Below are positions 41,038 through 53,500 of a DNA stretch of 64,000 nucleotides, piece by piece; position 1 is the first letter of the stretch, and each line of letters begins with the position of its first letter. This DNA is from Phoronis australis (taxonomy: Eukaryota; Animalia; Phoronida): contig NMRA01000137.1 in NCBI GenBank assembly GCA_002633005.1, forward strand, positions 434,001 to 498,000. Direction: 5' to 3'. Made by a program: the position numbers and the translations under genes. A model generated the notes under the pieces. It was not told where the DNA came from. It saw only the letters and a program-made list of their open reading frames with translations, and did not search any database.

Positions 41038-41936
41038 CTGAAACAAAAGGTGAGCTGAGACGTGATGTTGACTGAAAAATGTAATAATGAAACACGTTTT
41101 GCACAAGGATCTTCCCAGAATATGTTCGGCGCCAAAAAGGCCCATGTCGTCAAGGTTGCAAAGTAAACTTGTTACACTGTGACCGCATGAACGTTACAGA
41201 TTACAAAGCAGGAACACACTGACATATCGGAGTTGAGATTCATGTATTTAACTTCCAAAGGGTAACGACAATGACGTAAACAATTCAATAACAGTAGGAG
41301 GTCCAGGAGATGGCGCTGTACTGCCGTCGCTGTTATCATCGTCAGTTTTATTGAAATATGTTTGGCAAAAACGTTACATCTTGCCTTTCACGAGCATGCT
41401 GCAATTAAAAACGGTTTCGATGCCGAGCTACGATTGTTAAGCAAACTGGTACGCGTTCTGTAAGACGCAAGACACTCGCGAGAAAAGACACTGTATTTAT
41501 AGTCCCTGAGTGGCAACTTTCCTGGAAATTCTAGTTCGGAGGTCAACATAAGACACACAGGTGATTCAATTTGCAATTTGTTTTTCGTACGAACCAGTTA
41601 TTTTTGGCTTTGGACACCGGATTTTCTATTCCAGGTGAGCAGTACATTCGTAAAAAGAGGTCATAGGTAAAATGTACCTAATGTACCCAAGCTTTATTCG
41701 TGTATATTATCAGTAGATAATGTATCGTGAATTGAAACTTTGAGTGTTCTGGAAACTGGAACAGTGTTATCGAATTCATGAGACGGATGCAACTGAGTTT
41801 CATGTTTTGCAAGAAGACGCGAATCTGTCTACGTTTTCTGTATACTTTAATATTTGTTCTATAACAAAAAAATAATCGCGTAATTCAGTTTTTCTCGCAA
41901 GGCTTACACTACGGAAAGCATTGAGGTAAATCATAC

Positions 41937-42045
41937 CTTCATCTGCGTACGACTTTCTACTCGTTCTCTTAGCTTTGAATGTGAAAATAAATTTATACAC
42001 AACTGTACCAAATACCGACGCCAGCATCGGGCCTACCCAGTAAAC
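41937..42045 (-). CDS. AQP: Aquaporin exon 5 (TM6)
   Basis: ttacag|...gaag|gtatga. VYWVGPMLASVFGTVVYKFIFTFKAKRTSRKSYADE. 109 bp, phase 0-1. Confidence 0.93.
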
Positions 42046-42673
42046 CTGTAATACAAACCAGAGATACAATATTAACATTGTGCTAAACACGTCACAGGGG
42101 CACTACAATTTTCAAAATAAACACGAGACTTCGATTGAACTTTGTCAGACTCTGCCAAATATGAATAAACATCTTGACAGAATCATTTGGCAGTTTAGTC
42201 GAACTCTCATCGCAATAAAAAGCGTTGAATTTTCTTTTCAAACTTACGCCGGAGTTTATTAATGAGACGTTATCGTACAGTTTATTTGCGAGTGAACTTG
42301 CGCAGTAAGCTGTCGCAATTTCGAAAACGGGCATAGGGCAACACCTCTCAAAATTTAGCCAGTACTGAAAGGGACTATTGTTGAAAATAAATGGGCATTT
42401 ATTCAGCTTTTTGTAGCGAGACTTAATGTCTATACTGTCCACATTCGACCAGGACTTGTCAAGACACGGGAATACGCAGTTCACACGCACACTCCTTTCA
42501 ACACGGAAGCAAAGGATAATATTGTCGTGCGCAGAGGAGATCTCGGGACCAGAGCGTCTTCTCGACACGCCTTCTTAGCTTCGAAGCTATTGGTGATGTG
42601 AGTTCTGGTATCCAAAACATATTGCCCAAACAATCTTATGACGCGACGGTGGGCAAGCAACTAGCTACAAACA

Positions 42674-43557
42674 CATAGGCGGATTTAGGGGGGCCCAGAG
42701 GGCCCGGCTCCCCCCCCCCCCCCCCCNNNNNNNCCCCCTTAGCTGCCGCAAAAAAATAAAACAGTAAGAGCATAGGGAAATGTAAAGTTTATTAATTACC
42801 CTCGGTAATTAAAATTATACGGATGAAAGAAGATTTAAATGTGTGCAGTTTTAGTGTTGGGGGGCACAACTTCGTTTCCGTCGTCTGCTCCACTGTGCAA
42901 TGAAGAAAATTTACTTCATTTTTTAAAGAAAATGGAACCTGAATGACGATGAAAAAACAGAAGCTGCTGGTAAGATGTGAATTTAATCGAAGCCTTAGTG
43001 AATCGCTCAGAAACTCGCAATACTCTCTTTGTCAAACCTTATCTTAAGACGATTTCCAAAGCAAACCCGTCATTATTGCCAACACGAAAAACGGATTAGG
43101 TCTTTTGGGCATTTGAAGACTATTTTAAATACGACAAATTTGTTAAGAATTGATGGCACAAAATATAAAACGTGTAATAAGCATTACAAAAAGAAGTAGG
43201 TTTCGCGCGCAAACGTTGTGGACTATAAACAAGTAGGTCTCTTAGTACGAGATTAGTAGTTAAATCGTGGTGGTGTAGTGGTAAAGCGCGCGCTCTATCC
43301 GCTATCTTTGGTACTTGCAGTTTTTCCTGTTTGACACGTTCTCCGTTTTTTTTTGCCTTTTTTTCTTGAATAATACTTCAGGAAACAAGGAAAATGCTTG
43401 ATTTTTAGAGGTAAAAACAAAAAAATCCTGGGCGGGGGGTTTGCCCCCCCTCCCGACCTCCCCCCATTCGGTGCTACGCGTGGTTCAGTTTGCGCAAATG
43501 CTTACAGCCGGACAAAATGTTGCCCCCCCCCCTTGTAATATCCTAGATCCGCCACTG
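42674..43557. mobile_element. hAT5-like MITE with 5-bp TSD, in aquaporin intron 4
   Basis: TIR cataggcggatttagg / cctagatccgccactg. TSD aaaca at 42669-42673 and 43558-43562. Confidence 0.8.
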
Positions 43558-43719
43558 AAACAGATAGGTCGGCATAATGAATGACGTGAGAGAAAACTTG
43601 TTACGTCATTCGCGACCAGTGTTTTTTAAGCGCAGCAATTTTACTTTCCCCCTGCAACAAACAAGAAAGCAAGCAAGCAAGCAAACCCACTTTACGGCTG
43701 CCTGGTAAAGATAGTATAG

Positions 43720-44120
43720 TGCCGTCCACACAGGCTTGCTCTAAAAGTAGAACAAGTTACTCCTGGAACAGTTGCCGCAAGGTTTAGAGGCGGTGTGGAC
43801 GCTAGTGCAACTTACCACACACGTGACAACTTACTCCACCGTATCGAGGTGGGTAACTTGTTCTAGGGTAACTTGCGCAACTTCCAATTCCTTTGTGGCG
43901 CAAACCTGGGGCAAGACGGAAGTAATTATCAGCTGCAATTACATACAGACGGGTTTTCTTTTGTGCGCCCTACGCGCATTAGGTGTTCACTGTTACACAC
44001 AGAGCGACAACTTCCGCCTAGTTAAAGGACATGTATGCGTGTGGACGCTCCAATTAAAAGTGGCGGGGTTCGTTGCACTAGTGCAAGTTGTTTTACAGTA
44101 GGGTGTGTGTGGACAGGGCA
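43720..44120. mobile_element. PIF/Harbinger-like MITE
   Basis: TIR tgccgtccacaca / tgtgtggacagggca with internal repeats of gtgtggacgct. Confidence 0.6.
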
Positions 44121-44418
44121 TCGATTTCTAACTTACTTCAAACTATTTGCGCATTAGGAGCATGTACAGGTATGCTATTGCCCCTTGCACATGCGTAGCA
44201 AGCAGGTGCGTTCGAAGCGCAGGGTTTAGAGCGAGATTGGCCAAATCACACAAGATAACGCAAATTAAGCAAGTGAAAGACGTCTCGGGAGTAGGTTCGA
44301 ATGGTCCTTCCAAGTGTAGATAAGCAAATGAAATGATTGGCCTAGCATGCTGAATTATGGGACAACAGTCACCATTTAAAGAGCGACTTGCGTTTCGAAA
44401 AGTATCCTCGGGACTTAC

Positions 44419-44499
44419 CCAATGGTTAGCCCATTTACCGGTGACCAGTGCAGGACCAAACGCTGCAGCAGGATTCATGCATCCTCCGGACATGTCAGC
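44419..44499 (-). CDS. AQP: Aquaporin exon 4 (loop E, second NPA)
   Basis: cttcag|...tgg|gtaagt. ADMSGGCMNPAAAFGPALVTGKWANHW. 81 bp, phase 0-0. Confidence 0.95.
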
Positions 44500-45413
44500 C
44501 TGAAGAACAAAACAGCGAGAACCTGTGTAAAACATGCACTACAATAGAAGTCGGCATTTAATGCATGGCTTCACGAGTCTTTGACACTTTCGCATGTGTT
44601 GGTCAACAACACTTTCTAGCAGTTACAATTTTACGCCAATAATTATAAAAGCTATCTCTGAGATTTGTTTTCCCGTTTTCCTCAGTGACAGTCACTAACT
44701 CCATGTCAAATAAACTGATAACAGAGATGTCATCTACTCAAGCCACGCTTCAAAAATATATAATTTTTGTGTATACACAAGAGACATCTCACAGCCGGAG
44801 ATGTACACGATTCAATAGCCGCGCCCCTAATTTGCAGTTAAGTGTACGATCATCTAAACCAGTCTCAGGCAACCAGATGGCAAACCTGAGTTACAAGTCC
44901 CTAGACCCACGCCCCTACGCCCCACACACACTAAAAATGTTGCATAACCTGGGACCAAACTCCAACCCCTGAAACAAGATTTCTAAACTGACAATGGGCT
45001 TTGATTATCGAGACAGAAGTTCTATCACATTATTGGCGCGTGTGTGGAGCTAACCAGCACAGATTTGATGTCAACTAGTGCGGGATGGGATAGAGGATGG
45101 GCGTAGCTAGCTGGAATTTTTGGCAAAGCCACGGAATTCGAAACGACTTCTGTGGTAAAGTAATCTTGTATTCGCTCTGAAAACTGCATTTTCCTCAGTT
45201 GCATGATATCGCAAAAAAAGATCTTGCATCAGATTGCCACATTTATGCAGAAATATCTTCAGTGGTGTTGATGTCGCACGCCGCGTTTTTATTAGACACT
45301 TCCATTGGCCCTTATCTTCAATTTCATTGACCCGTTAAACATTCTAATATCGACGCACTAACTGTCAGTAAATCATGTGAAGATCAGTAATTAAAGGCAC
45401 ATTTCAAGCTCAC

Positions 45414-45618
45414 TGTTGCCATAATAGAGGTCGCTACAGTTAGTCCAATGATGATGGAGGGCATGAAGACTGGGCGATGTTTCTCGTCCGTTGTTCCCAA
45501 CGTGACCATGACCAGGAACATGGATATGAAAACTTCCACCAGCATCCCTTGCGCGGGTGTCAAGGCTAGACTGACGCTTGGTCCACCTATGTTGGGTCGA
45601 TTAGCTTCCGAACTGACT
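45414..45618 (-). CDS. AQP: Aquaporin exon 3 (loop C, TM4, TM5)
   Basis: ttgtag|...aca|gtgagc. VSSEANRPNIGGPSVSLALTPAQGMLVEVFISMFLVMVTLGTTDEKHRPVFMPSIIIGLTVATSIMAT. 205 bp, phase 2-0. Confidence 0.93.
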
Positions 45619-46786
45619 CTACAATTTGGAGCTTGCGTTAATAAAATGATGATACAGCTGGAAAAGTAAGGCTTTGACAAAACTAGGACAATCGTTATGA
45701 ACTTTCTGCATCGTCGCTAATGCGCTTGTGCGAAATGCAGTGGACGATCCTCTTGAAATGCGTAGGACATTGTGCGAAAAATGGTCATGGAGCACATTCA
45801 AAAGTTTCACTTTGATATGGAATGCGCATTGATATGGTAATACGCATCGTTTGGGGTCGTCATCGTAAAACAATACGGCGTTTCGTCTTTCTTTTCAAAA
45901 GTTTTGTGACTTTTCAAGTTGTTCGAAATATATGAGTTACTTTCATACAATCTTTCAGAACGGCTTACTCACTACCACAATGTCGTAAAATGAGTCGTTT
46001 GTTAACACTGAAACGTAGCAGCCAACACTCGAGCAGTAGTCTTGCCATGTCAAAACAGTTTCAAACTAAAAAAATATTTATTTCACAACATGACTCGGCC
46101 AGAGCAACAACCAGACGCTCATCTGTATCTGTACAGCTGGGAGACAAAACGGTTTTGCATGAAAGAAAAGCACTGATTTCATGGGAGGCAAAGTTTGCCT
46201 CAGATTCACCAAGCTTCCTTCTTCCCACGGAAAAATAATCCTGCCTTTATATCTCGAAAATTTTTATGTGACGAAGCCATCATGAAATAACGTCACATTT
46301 GCAGCGCCACCGCGCAAACTAAGCAAAATCAAAACAAAAGTTTATAATAATGATGAAAGAACAGACTTCCTTGACTGGATTGCATGAAACTGTACAGCTT
46401 ACTTTAGCGATTCGAAATTGGATGCGTGCGCATCTCAGCGAAGATTTGTGGGATATACGAGTCGTCCAATACCAAGAATGCAGCGCAAGTGTCACGCAGA
46501 CGATTGTCTGCCTGTTAAGCTTTCAGTTGCTTTTGGATAGATGCGACCTGCTTACTCGATTGCATCTGTGATAAACCGAACTCCTGACTGCTCGAAATAC
46601 AACTATGGAAAGCCAAAAAATGTAAAAAACATTTATTTTACTATCCAAAAATTGACAAAATACGCAAAATAATAAATTTTGATTCTCGGAGAAAAATAAA
46701 TTCCCTGGGAATTCCTTTTTTACTCCAGAAGTCACTTCATATACAAAAAATAGCAGATAACATCACATACACCAGGTATCACGCCG

Positions 46787-47322
46787 TGGCACGTGCTTTA
46801 GCATTGGTTGATGTAACCTCAGCAATCATTGGTTAGCTTTACAACACCGTGAAAAATGGCGGACTGTGAACGATTTTTAGCCTTGTCATACAAGTGGCGT
46901 CGCAGCAACTATTTCGTTTCTGCAGTGATGTTTAATAGCCGCCTGCTTGAAGCACATACATGTACAATAAGCACATATCTGGCCGCGCAACCGGAGTGTT
47001 TTTCACACTGTATGAATACAGGACAGTATCGTAAACAAAAGTCATCGACAGTAGAAAGATGCACTCCAAAAAGGCGCAACCACAATTTCTATGATTCACT
47101 TTTCCTGAACATTAATTTTATGCACTGATTGGTCTGTACATCAGACCACATTTACACTTCAGTCCATCAGTCATGCCAGTTTGTTTGCGTAAAGCGCTGC
47201 CTGTTGAGAATTCGACCAGCCACTCAGAAACGCCGGTGTACAATAATTTCCCGAGGAAAATTAAGTGATACCTGCGTGCTGGTGCGGCTACCGCCCCACC
47301 TAGCGGCACGCAGGGAACCAGC
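46787..47322. mobile_element. MITE-like element, family C copy 2 (inverted, one end lost), in aquaporin intron 2
   Basis: Reverse-complement similarity to 11840-12360 over ~530 bp; also shows in the ORF track as shared pseudo-peptide ALRKQTGMTD. Confidence 0.85.
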
Positions 47323-48406
47323 GAGGGTACGAAATAGTTCCGATTAGTGTATGTATGCAAATATGAGTAAAAAAAGTCCAGGTGCATATTTTTGTCTCAA
47401 TGTCAAATGAAAATACTGGCTTTGTATAGTTATTTTTTGTCTTGCGCATAGAAAATGGTGTTTCGCACTTTATATTAATTCTTGCTTACAATGAAATGTT
47501 TTGGGTTTTTCCGTATTGGCTTTCCATATAAAATGAAGTGATATCTACAGATCGTTTACGTCTACTGGCGATGCTGCTTTCTCTTGGATGACCGCTATCC
47601 CACTAGTGTTTCACAGCATGTAAAATTAATGGAACCTGGCTCTTACGCTAATAAACATTAATGCATCGATGCATGTAAACAAAAGAGTTTCCCGGTTTCG
47701 CTCCCAGAACGACCATAAAATAGACCGGTGTACCAATACCACAATTGGCATCTTAGGATAATGTGAGCATGTTCGACCAATCCAACAGTTGTACATGCCA
47801 TTGCACTAGCATCTGTAAAAAATAACTCGTTTCAAAGCCTAGCGCCTTCGATCAGAAACCTGATTCACGTTGTATTTCAACGCCCAGTTCATCGTACTCA
47901 AGGTTTCCACGAGCTATATGGCTAAGGCGTGGGGAAATTTATGATATAACAACCCTCTTAATTAGAGAGTGGACGTGTGAAAGGGATCCCCCTGCAGACA
48001 ATGGACACAAAGGTCACTATTTTTTCAAATAACGTCAATATTTTGTTTCTAAAACTTGTTAAGTGGTCTCTTTTGAACGGAATCAAATGGAAAAAGACAC
48101 TCTGTCGTATGTAAAATTCAAACACTAGAGGTCACCCTGTTAGGCGAAATTTGGCGGTGAAAGCCCCGCCCACCGGTCAGAGCAGCAGGTCTAGTATGCA
48201 CACCTTATGTAAGTAACCCCAGTACGGGTTACTGAGGTTACAAGTGTACGGAGTCAGGGAGTGGAATAGACAGGTGACCCGCATGTGCTATCACCTCTCG
48301 GCGGTGCTGACAAGGAGTGGAAATACTCTGGCAATATCACGGATCTTTGAGAATAAACGATATAACGTAATCTACACGGAATTTGAAGAAAGTCGTACAA
48401 ACTTAC

Positions 48407-48467
48407 CCGTAGGCGAACGACGCGCCAACAACAGCACCCAGCAGCTGGGCAACATAGTAGTTTAGTG
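48407..48467 (-). CDS. AQP: Aquaporin exon 2 (TM3)
   Basis: attgcag|...cgg|gtaagt. ALNYYVAQLLGAVVGASFAYG (Y-x-x-AQ-x-LGA motif). 61 bp, phase 1-2. Too short for the ORF track. Confidence 0.93.
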
Positions 48468-50739
48468 CTGCAATATACATCATAACGTTTTCAACAACAC
48501 ATCATTGTCGTGAAAAACAATCGTTTACAATCCCAGAACCCCACTCTTAACGAACACAGCTTACTTAAGTGCCCACCTGAGATCAGAACCGTCTGTGCAC
48601 ACAATTATATGAAAACTGCATCACTGTACTCGACCTAACTACAGATTTTCTGAAAGTAGTAATGTGAAAAATTTATATTTTATATAGAGATGCCACTGAG
48701 GGTTCGTTTGGCGATATTTTTTAAAATGGTAATTCTTGACGTGTTGCTCGGTGGAAAGTACCGCCGGCAGTTTGAACAGGTCCAAAACAGGTGCACCAGT
48801 GACATTTCTGCAAATCACTAAGATCGTATTTGAAATAAGAAATAATCCTATTAGCAAAGCTTCCTTTTTGCACTTGGTGCAAAAATTCGTTTTGAGTATG
48901 TACACACGTTCGACCATCTTCAGACGGATGACCAGGGTCAATAATATAGCCCAACTGGACACGCTCCACGAACAGCGTTTTTTGGCGCTAAATGTGGGTT
49001 TCGCGTGAGAGGTAACGCTTACTGATAACGAGTAATTGTCCACATTACTGAGAAAAAGTGTTGGCCCTAACTTCATGACTAGTGAATATCTCGCATATTG
49101 AATATAAAGAGTTGTAACGGTTCTCCACTTGTTTTATGAGCATGAAGTTAATGATGAAAAATACATGGTTCTTCAAAAACAAAGACACAATGACTTTAAA
49201 TAAAAAACTGTTTGGAGTTACACCATTTAGACATAATATTGATTTCATCTTGTTCATTACTCAGTTTAGAATTGATCTCTAAGCTTAGCAACAACTGAAA
49301 GATAACTTCTTCAGGCCAAATATTAAACTTTCAGGTGACCGACCGTGACCTGAAATATTATGAGCTTGGTATGAAAAAACGTGCTCGGAGCTATTTCCAA
49401 GCCCAGAAACTATACCTACCTGTACAATAACTAAGGAACAATTTGAGACCAATTTCATTACGGTTAGCGGTATAATTCAAAAGTTTTTTGATAGGAAGCA
49501 CTGCTTTACTGCCGCAGTAAGAAACGTTTTCCAAAAAAGAAAAAGACCGTGCGCTTATAGCAAAACCAGGGCATCATGAAATTACCCATTCTTTTGTCCT
49601 TACGACTGTACATTGATCGTAAACTATCACAAATGCTCTCTCAGTGTCCCTGATCACCTTTTCGACCTTCAAGGTGTCAAATGATTATTTGTGTATGCTA
49701 CATGTACTTGTAGCCTATGGGAGAATATCGAGTTACCCGAACTACACGGCTCATGCCCTGTGAACATATTTATTGGCTTACAAACACGGCTCACGGGCGT
49801 GTAAACTCAGTTCGCTAACTCACGAACTCTCGTCTAGACTCGACAAAATGCGACTTCCACACTTGAAACATACGAACTTATATCCACGAAGAAACACGGC
49901 ACACGAATCACGACAGAGGTTCCTATAAGCAGGGCCCACGGCCTCTTTTCTGCTCATGCACTTCTGCCACGAGATGACGTGCTTGACTGCTTTTGGTAGT
50001 ATCGAGTATTTCGACGGACGGACAAGATTTTGCTTTTGTTTAAAATCAAACACGGGGAAAATGATTCTGTTTATTCTGTTTTATTATAGTTGAACAGCAT
50101 AACACAGCGGTTTGTAAGCAGTGCTTGTTAGTGGAAGCGAGTCTGCAAACTTTTTGGGACTCCGAGCATAGATTTTGTTCCGTTAGTTCGGACACAAGTT
50201 AATAGCCGGTTAGCAGTTTTTTGAGTAAGAAACTAAGTTCGCATATATTCGTGAATGCGCAGTGCTGTTCGAGTCGCATGAATACGGTGCGATACATATT
50301 CCGAATAACGCCTCGTTTGAGATAACCGGGTGGATATTTAACTTGAGAAGTTATTTTGTCGTCTCAGACGACAACTGAGATTTTTCTTTTGACGCTGTGG
50401 TGCCATCGTCCCGTTAAGGTAACTCAGTAAAGGATCTGCGAACCAGGGGTGGTTAGCAACAGTGGCATTGTCTCGGGTTGGCTTTTCCATGGTTACCCCT
50501 TACCTCGATCACTGGAGGATCTTGCCAAATATCGCAACTGGGGCAAGCACTGTATTTGAAGGAAAATGTAGGCGTTCGCATTTAAATTGAGAGCGTTCTG
50601 AGCCCCTGACCCCAGATATCCACATTTGGGTAACCATTTCCCGCATTGCGTCGGTCTGAAGTGCATGTATGAATGCGTAGCGGCACTCATTGTATAATGA
50701 AGGGGATATCATTCTCCGGGGACCGGGCACGGGTCTTAC

Positions 50740-51022
50740 CTCTGAACAACGATATCTGGCCGTCCAATAAGAACGCCGTGGTAATGATGGGATTCACGTG
50801 ACCCCCGCTGATGTGGCCAACCATTTCAATGATGCATAACAAGGTGATTCCAATGCATAGTCCGGCTCTCAACTTCGGGCTTCCATCGGTGTCGGCGTTC
50901 GTGGACACGAGCTGAGCCATCCCAACGAGAAAGGCAGTGCCGAGTATCTCACAGACGAGCGATTGCCAAAAAGCAAACGATCTCACCTCATCTTTTAACG
51001 CCGAAATTTTGCACAAGGTCAT
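50740..51022 (-). CDS. AQP: Aquaporin (MIP family) exon 1: TM1, TM2, loop B
   Basis: ATG at 51022 with an in-frame TAA six codons upstream. FWQSLVCEILGT...GHISGGHVNPIIT (MIP signature). Donor ag|gtaaga. 283 bp. Confidence 0.94.
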
Positions 51023-52107
51023 TCCTTCGGCAGACCGTTAACACGGAATAGCGTCAATCCGATCTCAATATCGAAAAGTCAGGTGTAACTGAAGCCAGTG
51101 CATATAAAGTTGTCTGTTTAACTACGAGACTTGAAGTCAACAAATTATTTCGTCTGATCTGTACATCGCTCCTGGCTATGACTCATTTGCCTATTTTTCG
51201 GGTTACAATGGTAAACAGGCTGTAAAGAAAAAATGAGTAATATGTCACGCGGTGATAAAATGGTATTGAATGAAACAGTAACAAAGAGACAGAGACGGGC
51301 ACAGACTCTATTCACGCGGCGGACATTAAAATCGAAAGCGAGGCTCACTGCTATAAACAAAGCGGAAATTTACATTGCGTGAGTTAAATGGATGGTCTTT
51401 GGACTCCAACCTGAATATTAAATCTTAAAAAAATGCGTCAATAATTAACAACAGAGACGTAGAAAAATACAGTTAAAGAACAAGTCAATGCACCAAAGAG
51501 TTGTCTGACGAAAGGATATATTTTTTTCCGGAAAACTAGGTTCGAAACATGAAAAGTAAACATGACCAAATTGCGGCGATCGTAGTGTTACGGATTAGGT
51601 ATCATGCTGAATGCAGGGTTACGTTTCTTCTAATAAATTCTTGATAAAAATGCTTTCTACACGAACCAGGTCATCTGGTCGTATTGTTGACGAGTTGAAG
51701 ATATATTCGACAGTGGTGGCTCATAGCATTTTGCTGTCATGTGCAATTAGTCTCATCTGGTTTAATATGTTGATCAAGAGTAAGCCCATTAGCTTCAAGC
51801 ATAGCCTAGGTCCTGGTGAGGTAGGCACTACCGGGACTAACATTTGGTTTGTCATTGATCTGAAATAATACTTGATGTTATTAAATATATATTTTGATTA
51901 CGATAAGAAACTAGGCTCGCAATTGAAAATAAAAATTATATGACCATCAATTCTGCTTTCTTGGCTTTAATAATTACGTCTATTTCATGTGTTATATTTT
52001 TCAAATATCAATCTCGACCAAGTTGAATTTTAAAGTTAAAACACCCAATTCTTTCGTCCAAAGCATAACCTTGTTTTAGAGCTCAATCCAGTTAACTGGA
52101 CAGAACA

Positions 52108-52280
52108 CAGTAGCGGATTTAGAAGCCGGGGGAGCCATGTGGCTATGCCCCAGCCTCCCCCACCCCTAAAATTCTCCCAGATTCCATTTGGCAGTTTAGG
52201 AGCGCGAATTTCTGACGAGCAAAATCCTGGCTATTACTCTGNCCCCCCCCAACCCAACTCAAAGTCCTGAATCCCCCCTG
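52108..52280. mobile_element. hAT5-like MITE nested in family E repeat
   Basis: cagtagcggatttag...ctgaatcccccctg with TSD gaaca on both sides. Absent from the family E copy at ~8760. Confidence 0.8.
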
Positions 52281-52476
52281 GAACAAGCATAGTTATCATG
52301 TTTCTTCAGAGGCCTCGTTCATATCCGAGGGGAAAGGTGCCTCATGTGCGTGCGGCCTTCTGAGAGGGGAACGTTTCGCCGAGTGACGGGTCAGTGAAAA
52401 CTCTACTGACTTCCCGATCGCCATCAATAGCACCCCGCCTTTTTGCAAGCTCTAATAGCTCTGTCTCAAGCATTTT

Positions 52477-52791
52477 CTGTGGCTGATCTGGGATACCGTA
52501 GTGAGGGGGGAGCCCGACACCCTCGGAGAAGCGGGCAAAGCGCGATTGTATGCACGCAGGCGGCCCGGAAGTTGCGGGCGCCGAGGATGTATACCTTCTG
52601 CTCAGGAAATCTGTCGTTGGGCTAAAAAAAAATAAAACGGAACGTGTTTTCCCCCCTTGTCCGCTACCGGTCCTAGCTCGAACTCACTGAGTACAAGTTT
52701 CCTCCCGCTTCACTCACGTTTTGCTGGTTTATTTTGCTTGCGGCAGTCAAGAGGAGGGGCCTGCCCCCTCCCCCCCCTAAATCCGCCTATG
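52477..52791. mobile_element. hAT5-like MITE nested in family E repeat
   Basis: ctgtggctgatctggg...cctaaatccgcctatg with TSD atttt on both sides. Absent from the family E copy at ~8630. Confidence 0.8.
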
Positions 52792-53363
52792 ATTTTGTAC
52801 TTTTTCAAATTGTCACCTCTGTGGCCACAGGTGATTTGAACCGTTGGAGAGAAATTTTCAATCACAAAGGGGAATTTTAAGCCTCGTGGCGGGAAATTTC
52901 GCGTGATTTTTCAATATTTTTGAGAGGGGAATAGGGCCGATATTTGGCCCCAAAATTGAGGGATTGAGGGCCCTGTCCTTTTTGTGAAGAAAAATGCATC
53001 GCGCTTCAACACATAGTCATGAAAACACAGCCTGGCTGGCCGAAGATTCTCCAGTCCTCGTTGCTATGACGGCATCCAGTCCGAGATGCGACAAATTATG
53101 ATTCGAAAACAGTTATAAATTTTACGCGGACATATTTTCCTTCGTCGCGGCGTATGGCAAGGACCCAACGCTTCCGAATCCCAACGTCCATAGGGATTGT
53201 AAAACAGAGTGTCCGTATTTTTTCTAGCTGTTCGAGCAACACAGAGTACAACTACGCGGATAAGCCACCAGAGCTATAGTAGCGAGCCTCGTTTTGGAAC
53301 GCGCCTCCTGTCGGCGTGAATAGGGTCTATGGGGAGAGGATGCGAGGTAATGAGATACGGAAA

Positions 53364-53500
53364 GAGGGAAGGTAGGGAAGGAGGGAGGGAGGTAGTGAAG
53401 GAAGGAGGGAGGGACGTAGGGAAGGAGGGAGGNNNNNNNNNNNNNNNNNNNNNAGGGAAGGAGGGAGGGAGGTAGGGAAGGAGGGAGGGAGGTAGGGAGA
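53364..53500. repeat. Purine-rich (GGGA/GGAA) repeat, ~20-bp unit ggtagggaaggagggaggga, with assembly gap
   Basis: Direct reading; N run at 53433-53453. Confidence 0.9.

Larger units (their letters stand above)
51930..52875. repeat. Dispersed repeat family E copy 2 (inverted, twice interrupted)
   Basis: Colinear reverse-complement similarity to 8557-8945. Confidence 0.85.

Noticed and set aside
46400-46512. Candidate aquaporin exon 2 bounded by AG and GTAAG on the minus strand
   Set aside because: It has a stop in the required phase and no MIP similarity; the true TM3 exon is 48407-48467.
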